Below are positions 50,581-62,944 of a DNA stretch of 64,000 nt, piece by piece. Source of the DNA: Pavona decussata (lineage: Eukaryota); the NCBI GenBank assembly GCA_977016875.1, contig CDRNST010000258.1, positions 248,001 to 312,000 on the forward strand, in the 5' to 3' direction. The first letter of the stretch is position 1; every line of letters starts with the position of its first letter. The notes below the pieces were generated by a model that saw nothing but the letters and a program-made list of their open reading frames with translations, had not been told where the DNA came from and made no database searches. The position numbers and the translations under genes were made by a program.

Positions 50581-53463
50581 TATAGATATATTTTTCAATC
50601 TAGAACTCCAAGGTTAGGGAAGTTCAAAATGTCGTTAGGGTCAGGGTTTGTTTCTGCCACCCCCCCCCCCCCCCTCCCCCAACACCCTCCCTGACCCTGC
50701 GCTACCCCAAACTTTTCAGGTCACGAATAATAGATCCTCTATTGGCATGCAATCGTCCGTGTCAGACGTGGTTAATGCGTGACATCCGGAAAGTACTGGC
50801 AGATATACTTGACAAGGCATTTCAATCGTGGGAAAGTTTAATAAAACCCTTTCCCATCCACAAGAAAATTCAGACAAGATGGCCATGATAGCCAGGCAGG
50901 CTCCAGCTAGAGCTCGAGCAAGGAAACGTCTTCTGTAAGAGCGAAAAAGCCCTGCTGCAACCCAAAAAAGCCCTGCCTCATCAGTGCTGGATTGCCAACC
51001 GGAGACCATAATGCCCTGAAGAGTGGAAGACTGGTATACTTGCTCACACTCATACGTCTCGTCTTGAAAGGTTCGCTATATATATTTTAAGTGTAGGAGG
51101 AGAGATGTTGTCTGTACATCTGGCCAGGCAACTACAAAATATCAAGAGACTCATAGTCTCTTGAAAATATATATGACCATTGTTTCTTACCTACTCGAGC
51201 GAGTATGTGTTTCGCTTCACAAAGTTGAAAGACTATTGGAACTGCATCCACAAACGCCTCCGACAAGCTTGGCATATCCACACGAAGCCATCGGTAGTAA
51301 TTTATTACAATACACCGGGAGCCATGATCAGGGATGGATCCCTGATTATGGCTCCTGGATACACTAATCCAGTAAGAGGCGCGACTCGACAGCTAGACAG
51401 TTTAAATTTTGATATCTTAGCGTGTTTCACTAAGCAACTGACCGTGAGCACTAGGACAATACCAGGAGGCAGGATTGCGTAATTCTATTAGAAATGAACA
51501 GTAAGATTGGTACAAGTGATGACCTTGACTGGTACAATACCTGGCCTGTGAGTGTCAGCATAACATGAGTAACACTTCGCAGTGAGCGATCGTCTTACAA
51601 AATTGCGTTTATTTAACATTCTTAGTTTAAAAAGAAAACTATAGGGCAGAAAGACTCAAGTATAAAATAATTTGGAAACCAACACAACAAAGACGCACGA
51701 TAGTAATGCTTAACGGCTAAGCGGTATTGGGCATGATGTGTTCAAAAGGTAATCCGAATGACGTGTAACCACAGGGGGCGCACACAAGCCGATTGTTATT
51801 ATATAGTAAATGCACTAGATTTACCGTTTGCTTTACCTATAGCGATATATCGCTAACTATGTATATAAAGAAATGATAAATAAACGTTGAATTACCTTAT
51901 CTGTGGTTTATAGTCGTCCTTTTACCTCAAAAGCGGGTTTTGGAGCGATTTTGAAGGAGTTTGAGTTCGCCGTTGACTGTTCTACATATAAGAAGGACAA
52001 GGGAGGAATCCTTGTTTTGAAAGGGTTCCAGCGCCGGAGCGATTTTTTCCCCAAAAAAAGCATTGCTCCGCTTTCAAACTTCACGGCATAAAGGTCAAAA
52101 GATTCACGATTCTTCTCGTACCTTCCAATCGAAAATTCATCCAAACGGCCCAGGGCTAGTCCTCGAAGAAAATCAAAATCCCACAATATTCGAGCGACTG
52201 GAATGCGTAGCAAGATCCATACGTGCCAGCCACAAACCGTCCCGCTGATTGCCCCTTTCTGATTGGACGACGTTAGAAAATCACCTATTCAAAATAAGAT
52301 TGCTTGTCGGATCTGGCAACAAAAATGGTCGTTTTTCCCTGGTAATGACTTATATATGGGAGATGATATATCGCTCGGAGATTTGAGGGACACAAAAGAC
52401 TTTTTAGTACGTACATTTAACACAGAGTCGAACTTTTTTATGTAAATTAACCGTGATAATACTTGCAACATGGCGGGTAAACATGCCAATCAATTAGCGT
52501 GAGTGTCTTGTTTTCAACACGTTCTCACAATTTGCCGTTTCATTTACCCAAGCTACATTTTTGGTAAAAGTTAAGATAAAATGATACTTTTGGCGCTAGT
52601 AATAGTTTTGATAGGTAAATCCATGTACCAGCTCCAAATGGCATGCATCATCTTTTTCTGGCACGGTTTCTGTTTTGGTTTGCGAACCTTCGATAAAAGT
52701 GTAATTTTAGCACCGATTTCGGGCGCTGTGAGAGAAAATTACTAAAACCTCGTCTCGACAAGAAAATACAAATCCAAACAACTTCAAAGTTCAATTTTTG
52801 TAACAAGTTAACAAAGCCCTTTAATATGGCAAAGTTTGAGAAAATCGAATTTTTCTATCTTGCATGGGTATAGTTGATATTTAAAGCAAGCCGCTCTTAA
52901 TCGCACATTCTGGATCCAATTCAGACATCAGTATTGACACCTAGAGAATAATAGCTTTCCTTTTCCTTGTACTTTATTTTAGTGAATCTTTCACAAATTA
53001 ATTTGGCTATCTTGCATGGGTATAGTTGATATTTACAGCAAGCCGCTCTTAAAATGATGCAAATTAAGGTCGCGGAAATGAACGGTTCACAAAATTAACG
53101 CGACTTGATTAACGCTAATTGTATATAGTGGAGTGATAATATCCTATACTAAGGCATTATTATAGGAACTATATACAAGCGCTTTTGTTAAAATTGCTTA
53201 TTCTCATGTTACCTTATATTAGGAAATTAACGCTTGTGTTGATTAAGGTATTTGAAATTAACGCGACTAAAATTAACGAGAACTGACGGAAAAAATTACT
53301 TCCCAATAAAGGGAATTAAAGCAAAGAGGGTGTAAAATTTAAAATTGAGAGAAATTAACGCCATTCTAACACAAGGTACAAAATTTACAGTGAAGCCTAA
53401 AAGGTCCCCACTAATTCAAAGAAGCTTTGAAATCTCGTATTTTGTCGGGAACCTTTCTCTAGG

Positions 53464-54612
53464 ATGAATCTAAACAGCACAGAAGCAATTAATGACACTT
53501 CTTCGAAAGCCAGGCCAGTGTTTATTTGTCTGAAAGCATCAGATCTAGCCTTGGACGATTCACATCAAGTCAATATGCCTTTGGGTTTGGCTGTAGTTGG
53601 ATTGCTTTCTTCACTCATCATCATACTGTTAAACTCAATAGCTTTAATTGCTTTCAAGCACAGGAAAGAACTGCAAAAGAACTCGTACATTCTGTTGTCT
53701 AGCCTGGCCGTTGCGGATCTGGTAATAGGTGCTACTTTCATTCTGACATGGGTCATTATTGACTTACGTGTTACTGTGCAACTTTCAGTTGAGCGTGCCT
53801 GTACGTTATTAGTAATCAGTACCAACCTGATGGCATGTTTGCTGTTCTCCTCTCTTTACCACCTAACGGCGATTGCTTGGGAGAGGTATGTGGCCATCCG
53901 AAAATGCGTGGAGTATAAAATTATTGTGACAAAAGGCCGCCTTAAACGTCTCGCAATGGTAGTTTGGTTGGCAGCGATTATCACAACATTCCCTGTCCTT
54001 ATAATGGAACTGATGGGTATAGACAGCAAAGTGCTAAAAACTTGGATTATTGTTGGAAATATTTGCGGAGCAACAACCTTCTTACTCATTGTGTATTTCT
54101 ATATCATGGTTTGCCTTGGGATACGCAAACCAAAAACCAGCGATTTCAGTCAAGTTACAGCTCTTGTAAACGCCAAAATCCAATCCAAAGTTACCAAGAC
54201 CACTGCTTTAATAACTGCTGCTCTTTTCTTCACTATCATTGTAGCTGGTGTTCTCGTCAGTTTGAGAATAATTCTCCCAGCCTTTCGAACAAATTTTCTT
54301 TTGCAAATTGTGGGAACACTCTTTCAGTTAAACTCTGTAATGAATCCTTTAGTGTACTTTTACAGAGACCGCCTCTTTAGGAAAGCAGTGCTTGAGCTGC
54401 TGAAAATTAAGAAACCTCCACCAATTCAAGTCAGAGATAATGCCCAACAATTTCATCGACGACAGGATATGTTTAGGTCGATAGGTAATATTCAGCAAGA
54501 AATGAAACTCCATGAAATTCCTTCCCGATCGCGACCGACAAGATTGGCATCTTTCGATTTACATGAGCGTGGTAGAGATGAAATGATCTTGAAAAGAGCG
54601 AAATCAGTTTGA
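53464..54612 (+). CDS. Rhodopsin-class (class A) GPCR, intronless ORF, copy 1; C-terminal tail shortened by a nonsense change
   Basis: Seven hydrophobic segments, LAVAD (TM2), WERY (DRY-like), NSVMNPLVY (NPxxY); TGA at 54610-54612 where copy 2 has CGA. Confidence 0.93.
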   Translation: MNLNSTEAINDTSSKARPVFICLKASDLALDDSHQVNMPLGLAVVGLLSSLIIILLNSIALIAFKHRKELQKNSYILLSSLAVADLVIGATFILTWVIIDLRVTVQLSVERACTLLVISTNLMACLLFSSLYHLTAIAWERYVAIRKCVEYKIIVTKGRLKRLAMVVWLAAIITTFPVLIMELMGIDSKVLKTWIIVGNICGATTFLLIVYFYIMVCLGIRKPKTSDFSQVTALVNAKIQSKVTKTTALITAALFFTIIVAGVLVSLRIILPAFRTNFLLQIVGTLFQLNSVMNPLVYFYRDRLFRKAVLELLKIKKPPPIQVRDNAQQFHRRQDMFRSIGNIQQEMKLHEIPSRSRPTRLASFDLHERGRDEMILKRAKSV

Positions 54613-56769
54613 GCATTCGTTAATTACAGCAACGATTTAGATGGCGTGAAAATGACAAAACCCTCTACCGTCAAAGTGATAGCTGCACAAGTCCATGTTG
54701 AACGGAACGTGCGATATAAAGCAAGAGAAATTAGCCAGAAATCACCTACGTACTTACTGGGATGCTACATCGTCAGAAACATTCTAGTTAAAGGTTTTAC
54801 CCAAAATGGCGCGGCATTTCTCTCAGTGAACGCAGTTATTCCACCGGCTCATCGTGAAACATCGACAAATTCTGGATTTACTACATAAATTAATGGTAGA
54901 TTAAGTTGAATTACGCTGGTGATTTTTTTAATATGTGTTTATTGAATTTCAATAGCCGATAACCAATTAAAAAAAACATATTTAATGGCATCTCGTTGTC
55001 AATGAAAATCTCATTTAAGATTGCTAGGAATATATTGCAATTTACTTCAGTTTTACTTCGGAATCTCTTTAGTAGATGACCCAGGATGAGAAACCTTCAC
55101 TAAAGTGAATTAAAGGGTAAATCTAAATTGAATCGCTCACAAGTTAACTATTTCTTCAGACTTCCATGTTGGTTTAATGTTTTGGTGGATAACGAAGTTT
55201 TAAAAATTAAGGTTAAAATATAATCCGGTAAGCAATGTTGCTATTGTACTGCAGCGCGTGTAAACATTCATATTTTTGTTTGGGTGCGCTTTTCGAAATT
55301 TTTTTAGATAACGTTTATTTTAATTTTAGTCCGTTTCGGCTCTCTTTCCGTTTTGAACAAACCACGGCTCTACGGATATTAGCTAAAAAGAACGAGGTTT
55401 CTCGGGTTGGAAACCCAGTTTTCTCTGTTTGGCATTTTCTCTTAAGTCTTACGGGTTCGCAACATTGGTCTTTAGTTTTCACAATTTTCTCTCTATCGGG
55501 TTTATCGACGTTAATTGCAGTTTTGAGGAGAAAACAATTTTGAGTACCTTATGTGGATACAAGTTTAAGAAAGTCTCGTGTGTGTTTCCAGCAATAATGA
55601 ATCATCAGTACCTCTGGAACAGTCGGTAAATTATAATTAATCTACCTCCGCGAGCAGGTGCAAAGTTCATGCATACAAATGATTCGTTTATTTTCTTTGG
55701 ATAATAGACTCAACAATATTATTATACCTGATATACGGCGTCGGCAAGATGTGTATAAAAAAACTGGATTCGCTAATGCATGAAAACATGAAAGGCGAAT
55801 AATATTCAGGCTAGTCGTAGACAACATGGATTTCTCCACCCAAGACTTTAATGACTCTACACAACCTTTTTTATATAATGCTTCACTCAGTTTGGTTTGC
55901 AACAACTCTGCCTGCTAAATACTTTGCTCACGTTATATTTGTAGGAGTCGTTGACAGCTTACCACTGGCAAACTAACACTCAAAAAAAAAATGGAACCTA
56001 ACATAATTTGTTTCGCAGAACGGTCTACTCTGAAACCCGGCACTACTTGGAAACGATTTGCATATTTTGCTTCAGGAAGAAACCCGGCCGTTGTCAGAAC
56101 CATCTCCAGAAAATGTTTAAAACAACTATTACCAAAGTTTAAAATGAAACAAAGCCATACCAATGTTTAAGTACGTTTCGATGACTCCGTGTTATCATTT
56201 TCAAATTCGTGTAAGTCCGATTATAAATACATATTAGTTATATAGTAAAATTCGTACGTAGTTGCACGTGATTGAAATATAATGTGACATGCAGAGTGAC
56301 CAAGCGGCTGTCGTCACCATCCACTAAGGGTGCTGGATAAAAAATGTGGAATCGCTGCAGTGCCTCTGGTCATGATCGAGTAAACATCTCTGGAACGTAA
56401 TCTTGACTTACAGACGCACTGAAATTGACATCTTAACTTTACTTCTTTTGCTCAAAAATAACACTGAAGACAGTAATTCGGCAAATTTAACGGTCTAGTA
56501 GCAGCCGTAGATACTTCTTGTTAGCTACACACTGATACACAAGGCAACTTCGTTTAAGCTTAATAAAAAAAATTCATCCCGGTTCGGAGACAATCGAAGG
56601 TTAGAATTTTTATGTTTTTTCTTGTACTAGTATTATGTGCCGTCAATTCTGCTTAACGCTTTTTTTAGTTAGACTAGGAGCGGTCTCTTTGTTGCCCTTA
56701 GATCAGTAGCGCGCGATGGATCTAGCGAGCGGTGAGGCCGCGAGCCGCGAGTTCACTTAAATTGTATTT

Positions 56770-58115
56770 TGCATAACTTTACCGAGAGCTACATTTTCTT
56801 CCTGAATTGGTTGGAGAGAAAAAACATTCGCCCGTTGGCTTTTCCAGTCGGCTTCCCGGGAGTTGATCCACTTTTATTAGTTCAACGGCTTCCAACGGGA
56901 AAACCACAAGGGGCACACCCGGTAGAACTCCGAAATTCTAAAGCCTAGCGCAACGAACCAAACAATTGGCAAAATCCGGGAACAGTTAGTAGCTTTGGCC
57001 TCAAGAAAAGCAGTAACATCAATGATCAAAACAACATGGCGACAGGATCGATGTCTTCACCTTTGAAATGGCTACAAACGCAAATAAACGCTTTAGCTTG
57101 AAAGTAAGTTAAACAGCACTAGGCCAATTATTTCCTCTTGTTTCAAAACGAATTTCGAACGCGAAAAAAAAATCACAGATTCGTCAACGACGAAATTTTA
57201 AACAGCCCAATCTCTCCAGACTGATGTTCATGGGTGTAAAGAGACTACTGATCAAATAATTAACGTATTCTGATTGGTCGAATTTTGTGATGCACACCAC
57301 CTTCAGAGTGACAAACGGTTTTAATAAAACTGAAGTACTGAGTGTCATGTATGACAGCTGTGTCAGAATAGACCGGGCCAAAAAAAATTAAATTCTTGTT
57401 CGGAGAAAGCAAATAACGACTGAAACTTGACCAAGATTCAGCCTTCTTATCTAACACCAATTTCGCTTCCTGAGCGTAAAACTTGCGTGGATATCAAAGA
57501 AAATTCTTACTTTAACCGCTTGTAATTTAACAGAAAAATCTGTGAAGGTATTTTAAAGATATTTCGATTTAAGCAAAGTAGGAACTTTTTCATTCATCTG
57601 CGCTTAATTTTTTTACTGTATTTAAACATAAATATCTTGAAATCGGAGACACCCATGAAGCTCAATATACATTTAGAATATTTTGCGATGAGGAAAGCTC
57701 CTTTAACAGAAAAGACAAAGTGTCAAGTTTTATTTTGCCAGAGATATTGGTGAAAAATGCGGGAATAAACAAAATCACACCATATAAAGTTGATTCATTA
57801 TTTACTTAAAAAAGCTCTTACAGAATTTTGTTCTAATTTCGCCTAAAACTTGCCTAGATTGACTAGTTTTAATTCCTAAAATTTCGTCATAAAGTGTCTG
57901 ACTAGATTTCGAGATAATCGGCAATGTTTAAAATGCAAGGCGTTGCGCTTCCGTTGCTATGGTAATAGTTGTTGTTTATAAACCGATGAAATAATTAACT
58001 TTGATCATATGTTGAAACGATGATGTAGTATGAAGGAGATCGAAGTTTATCTTGTATGCGATATTCTAATTTCAACCCCTACACCCTAAGTCCAGAAAAA
58101 CTGCCGCGAGCCACC
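56770..58115. mobile_element. Probable Kolobok-like element remnant (one end visible)
   Basis: Ends GCGAGCCACC|TTAA at 58115, sharing the GGTGGCT terminus of the 43280 element; left end not found. Confidence 0.4.
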
Positions 58116-58923
58116 TTAATTTGTCAAAGATTCAAATAAATTACGCGGGAAAAGAAAAGCTATTGTTTTCTAGAAGTAAAGAATGTCTGGATTGGATCCA
58201 GAAAGTGGGTCTGAAATGATGCAAATTAAGGTCGCGGAAATAAACGCTACACTTAGTTAACAGCGCGTAAACGAACTCTTACAAAAATTAACGTTTACAA
58301 TTCGCGTTAATATAATGGGGCGGTAATTTCCAATAATAAGGTATTTTATTCTCAACACAGGTTCTCGTTCCCCGCCGATTTCCAGATCAAACCTAACAAA
58401 AATCCCTTCCCTTCCCATTCAGGGCCTTATTTTAATTGTTTTAGTTCTATTCGAAATACTTTCAACCATTTTCTCAGTTAAGAATTTTTGTTGGGTACTC
58501 GCCACATCAAGAACACAGCGAAATACATAACGCATATATTTTACTGACGGCTTCAGCTTTGCGACTTGGTATCTGTGTGTTAATTCGCTTGTGGTTTCCC
58601 CTTTTAATCTGTACTCACAGTAGTTTTGCTTTTGTTTTACCTTAATGTATCGAGAGAAACACAATGAAACTGTTGAACGCAAACAACTTTTTAATGGATA
58701 TTTTAAAGTTCAAAGTGGGGCGCCCTTTTTAGCAATTGGCTCGCGGACTTATATGTATTTCCGTCTCCGAAAAGTCTTAAATGATTAACATAATCGTGAT
58801 CACAAGTGACAATTTTTTAAAACGTTGCACGAAAGGTTCAAAACACATTTTGTTTCAACTAACAATCATTAAATCTCGTATTTTGTCAGGCACATTCGGT
58901 TCTTATCTAAAAAGCGTTCTACG

Positions 58924-60303
58924 ATGAATCAAAACGGCAAAGAAGCAATTAATGACACTTCTTCGAAAGCCAGGCCAGTGTTTATTTGTCTGAAAGCATC
59001 AGATCTAGCCTTGGACGATTCACATCAAGTCAATATGCCTCCGGGTTTGGCTGTAGTTGGATTGCTTTCTTCACTCATCATCATACTGTTGAACTCAATA
59101 GCTTTAATTGCTTTCAAGCACAGGAAAGAACTGCAAAAGAACTCGTACATTCTGTTGTCTAGCCTGCCCGTTGCTGATCTGTTAATAGGTGCTACTTTCA
59201 TCCTGACATGGGTCATTGTTGACTTACGTGTTACTGTGCAAGTTTCAATTGAGCGTGCCTGTACGTTATTAGTAATCAATAGCAGCCTGAGGGCATGTTT
59301 GCTGTTCTCCTCTCTTTACCACTTAACGGCGATTGCTTGGGAGAGGTATGTGGCCATCCGAAAATGCGTGGAGTATAAAATTATTGTAACAAAAGGCCGC
59401 CTTAAACGTCTCGCAATGGTAGTTTGGTTGGCAGCGATTATCACAACATTCCCTGTCCTTATAATGGAACAGATGGGTATAGACAGCAAATTTCTAAAAT
59501 CTTGGATTATTGTTGGAAATATTTGCGGAGCAATTACCTTCTTACTCATTGTGTATTTCTATATCATGGTTTGCCTTGGGATACGCAAACGAAAAACCAG
59601 CGATTTCAGTCAAGTTACAGCTCTTGTGAACGCCAAAATCCAATCCAAAGTTACCAAGACCACTGCTTTAATAACTGCTGCTCTTTTCTTCACGATCATT
59701 GTAGCTGGTGTTCTCGTCAGTTTGAGAATAATTCTTCCAGCCTTTCGAACAAATTTTCTTTTGCAAATGGTAGGAACACTCTTTCAGTTTAACTCTGTAA
59801 TGAATCCTTTAGTGTACTTTTACAGAGACCGCCTCTTTAGGAAAGCAGTGCTACAGATGCTGAAAATTAAGAAACCTTCTCCAATCCAAATCAGAGATAA
59901 TGCCCGACAATTTCATCGACGACAGGATATGTTTAGGTCGGTGGGCAATATTCAGCAAGAAATGAAACTCCATGAAATCCCTTCCCGATCGCGACCGACA
60001 AGATTGGCATCTTTCGATTTACATGAGCGTGGTAGAGATGAAATGATCTTGAAAAGAACGAAATCAGTTCGAGCATTTGTTAATTACAGCAACGATTTCG
60101 ATGGTGTGAAAATGACAAAACCCTCTACCGTCAAAGTGATAGCTGCACAAGTCCATGTTGAACGGAACGTGCGATATAAAGCAAGAGAAATTAGCCAGAA
60201 ATCACCTACGTACTCTGCAAGATCGAATTCCTGGGATGCTACATCGTCAGAAACATTCCAGTTAACGGTTTTACCCAAAATGGCGCGGCATTTCTCTCAG
60301 TGA
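58924..60303 (+). CDS. Rhodopsin-class (class A) GPCR, intronless ORF, copy 2 (459 aa)
   Basis: Same motifs; close paralog of 53464-54612 with about two dozen amino-acid differences. Confidence 0.94.
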   Translation: MNQNGKEAINDTSSKARPVFICLKASDLALDDSHQVNMPPGLAVVGLLSSLIIILLNSIALIAFKHRKELQKNSYILLSSLPVADLLIGATFILTWVIVDLRVTVQVSIERACTLLVINSSLRACLLFSSLYHLTAIAWERYVAIRKCVEYKIIVTKGRLKRLAMVVWLAAIITTFPVLIMEQMGIDSKFLKSWIIVGNICGAITFLLIVYFYIMVCLGIRKRKTSDFSQVTALVNAKIQSKVTKTTALITAALFFTIIVAGVLVSLRIILPAFRTNFLLQMVGTLFQFNSVMNPLVYFYRDRLFRKAVLQMLKIKKPSPIQIRDNARQFHRRQDMFRSVGNIQQEMKLHEIPSRSRPTRLASFDLHERGRDEMILKRTKSVRAFVNYSNDFDGVKMTKPSTVKVIAAQVHVERNVRYKAREISQKSPTYSARSNSWDATSSETFQLTVLPKMARHFSQ

Positions 60304-60585
60304 ACGCAGTTATTCCACCGGCTCATCGTGAAACATCGAAAAATTCTGGATTTACCACATAAATTAATGGTAGATTAAGCTGATTTACGCTGGTGATTTT
60401 TTTTAATATGTGTTGATTGAATTTCAATAGCCGATAACCAATTAAAAAAAAACATATTTAATGGCAACTCGTTGTGAATGACAATCTTATTTAAGATTAC
60501 TAGGAATATATTGCAATTTACTTTAGTTTTACTTCGGAATCTCTTTAGTAGATGACCCAGGATGAGAACTGACCTTCACTAAAGT

Positions 60586-61165
60586 AAACTAGAAATACGT
60601 GACTCGCAAAACCTCGCGAAGGTGGGGCTGGGTGGAAAGCCCTCTTTACACGTATTGTAGCATCAAACGAGGAGATTGAAAGGCGCATAAGATTCTTTTT
60701 TTATGAGCATAGTGTTTTCGTAGTTCCACGGGCTAGTTTGCGGTTGAAAATCTATTTCTGTCGCGACGTAATGTACAACGGGCGTGCAGCGCTGTCGTGT
60801 TCGATGAATTTATTTCCCACGGAAAATTATTTACTGCGGCCACAAAGCGTGTAATTTCTTTAATGCACTATTTCACAAAAAAAGATTTCTAAAAGAAAGG
60901 GAAAAGATTCTGGAGAGATAGTTCTGTATCCAGTGAATATTGATGAACATTGCAGTTGGATTTTTGATCATGCACGCATATGTTTTTCGGTGTATGCAAA
61001 TTTTGCTCCAGACAACGCCAGACAGTCTGGGACACCTTCAAAGATATAAACATATATAAACATATATATATATATATATATATATACTTTTCGCTCGAAT
61101 TCGCGCGGCTTAGCTCCGCTCGGGCTGGCTCGGCCCGACAAATTTATTAACCTCGCTTCGCGAGG
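60586..61165. mobile_element. Insertion without TSD, Helentron/HINE-like, present in copy 2 only
   Basis: Absent at the paralogous site near 55106; begins AACTAG, subterminal CCTCGCGAAG/CTTCGCGAGG inverted pair, terminal hairpin CCTCGC-TTC-GCGAGG, internal (TA)n. Confidence 0.75.
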
Positions 61166-62365
61166 AATTAAAGAGTAAATCTAAATTGAATCGCTCACAA
61201 GTTAACTATTTCTTCAGACTTCCATGTTGGTTTAATGTTTTGGTAGATCGATAACGAAGTTGTAAAAATTAAGGTTAAAATATAATCCGGTAAGCAATGT
61301 TGCTATTGTACTGCAGCGCGTGTAAACATTCATATTTTTGTTTGGGTGCGCTTTTCGAAATTTTTTTTTTAGATAACGTTTATTTTAACTTTAGTCCGTT
61401 TTGGCTCTCTTTTCGTTTTGAACAAACTACGGCTCTACGGATATTGGCTAAAAAGAACGAAGTTTCTCGGGTTGGAAACCCAGTTTTCTCTGTTTGGCAT
61501 TTTCTCTAAGTCTTGCGGGTTCGTTTTCATAATTTTCTCTCTATCGGGTTTATCGACGTTCATTTCAATTTTGAGGAGAAAACAATTTTGAGTACCTTAT
61601 GTGGATACAAGTTTAAGAAAGTCTCGTGTGTGTTTCCAGCAATAATGAATCATCAGTACCTCTGGAACAGTCGGTAAATTATAATTAATCTACCTCCGCG
61701 AACAGGTGCAAAGGTCATGCATACAAATGATTCGTTTGTTTTCTTTGGATAATAGACTCAACAATATTATTATACCTGATATACGGCGTCGGCAAGATGT
61801 GTATAAAAAAAAACTGGACCCGCTAATGCATGAAAACATGAAAGGCGAATAATATTCAGGCTAGTCGTAGACAACATGGATTTCTCCACCCAAGACTTTA
61901 ATGACTCTACACAACCTTTTTTATATAATGCTTCACTCAGTTTGGTTTGCAACAACTCTGCCTGCTAAATACTTTGCTCACGTTATATTTGTAGGAGTCG
62001 TTGACAGCTTACCACGGGCAAACTAAAACTCCAAAAAAAAATGGAACCTAACATAATTTGTTTCGCAGAACGGTCTACTCTGAAACCCGGCACTCCTTGG
62101 AAACGATTTGCATATTTTGCTTCAGGAAGAAACTCGGCCGTTGTCAGAACCATCTCCAGAAAATGTTTAAAACAACTATTACCAAAGTTTAAAATGAAAC
62201 AAAGCGATACCAAAGTTAAAGTACGTTTCAATGACTCCGTGTTATCATTTTCAAATTCGTGTAAGTTAGACTATAAATACATATTAGTTATATAGTAGAA
62301 TGCGTACGTAGTTGCACGTGATTGAAATATAATGTGACATGCAGAGTGACGTCACCATCCACTAA

Positions 62366-62944
62366 GGGCCTGTTCACATGGAGGTGGGGGACCCCAGGTA
62401 GGTGAGGTACCCCATCTACCCGGGGTCAGAAAAAGCAGGCCTTCACATGCAACCCCGGGGCGCTGGGGTGAGGTTTAAAAAGCTACCGCGTGGTCGCTAA
62501 GTACATATATCAATAAAGATGGCGGATGGAAGACACTTTTCGTTTCGTTGTTCTACGGGCACGACTTCACCTTCATCCAAGACAGGTTGACCAGCTTGGT
62601 TATCAGACTCGACAAACGCACCTTCAACTCCTTCAGAACTTTCTTCAATGGCATTGTTGTCGATGTTTTGAAGGTGATATCTTCGAAAAAGCTCGCCACG
62701 CTTGTACTGAATTCAGAGACAATTGCCCGGATGAACATCACCCCACCCCACCTCCAGCATTCACATGGAGAAAACTCACCCCAGCTAAGCGGGTTACCCG
62801 CCTCGGCTGACCGGGCAACCCGCCTCGGTGAGGTACCCCACTTCACATGTGAACGCAATCAAGAAATAAAGAGAGATTGTATGGAGAGATTGGTAACCCC
62901 ACCGAAGCCTACCTGGGGTCCCCCACCTCCATGTGAACAGGCCC
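62366..62944. mobile_element. PIF/Harbinger MITE with TAA TSD, present in copy 2 only
   Basis: TAA|GGGCCTGTTCACATGGAGGTGGGGGACCCCAGGTAGGT ... CCTACCTGGGGTCCCCCACCTCCATGTGAACAGGCCC|TAA; empty site CCAC-TAA-GGGTGC at 56321-56333. Confidence 0.95.

Larger units (their letters stand above)
46217..53048. mobile_element. About 6.8-kb TTAA element (Kolobok-like) with long inverted ends and nested insertions
   Basis: TTAA|GAGCGGCTTGCTGTAAATATCAACTATACCCATGCAAGATAG ... exact reverse complement|TTAA; 46217-46868 is inverted at 52368-52896; the two flanks are joined (empty-site-like) at about 58190-58235. Confidence 0.8.

Noticed and set aside
53565-54380. Antisense and alternate-frame ORFs over the GPCRs (also 59025-60278)
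   Set aside because: Shadows of the GPCR CDS, repeated only because the DNA is duplicated
55235-56163. Small ORFs present in both duplication units
   Set aside because: Indels shift frames between copies, so there is no sign of coding constraint
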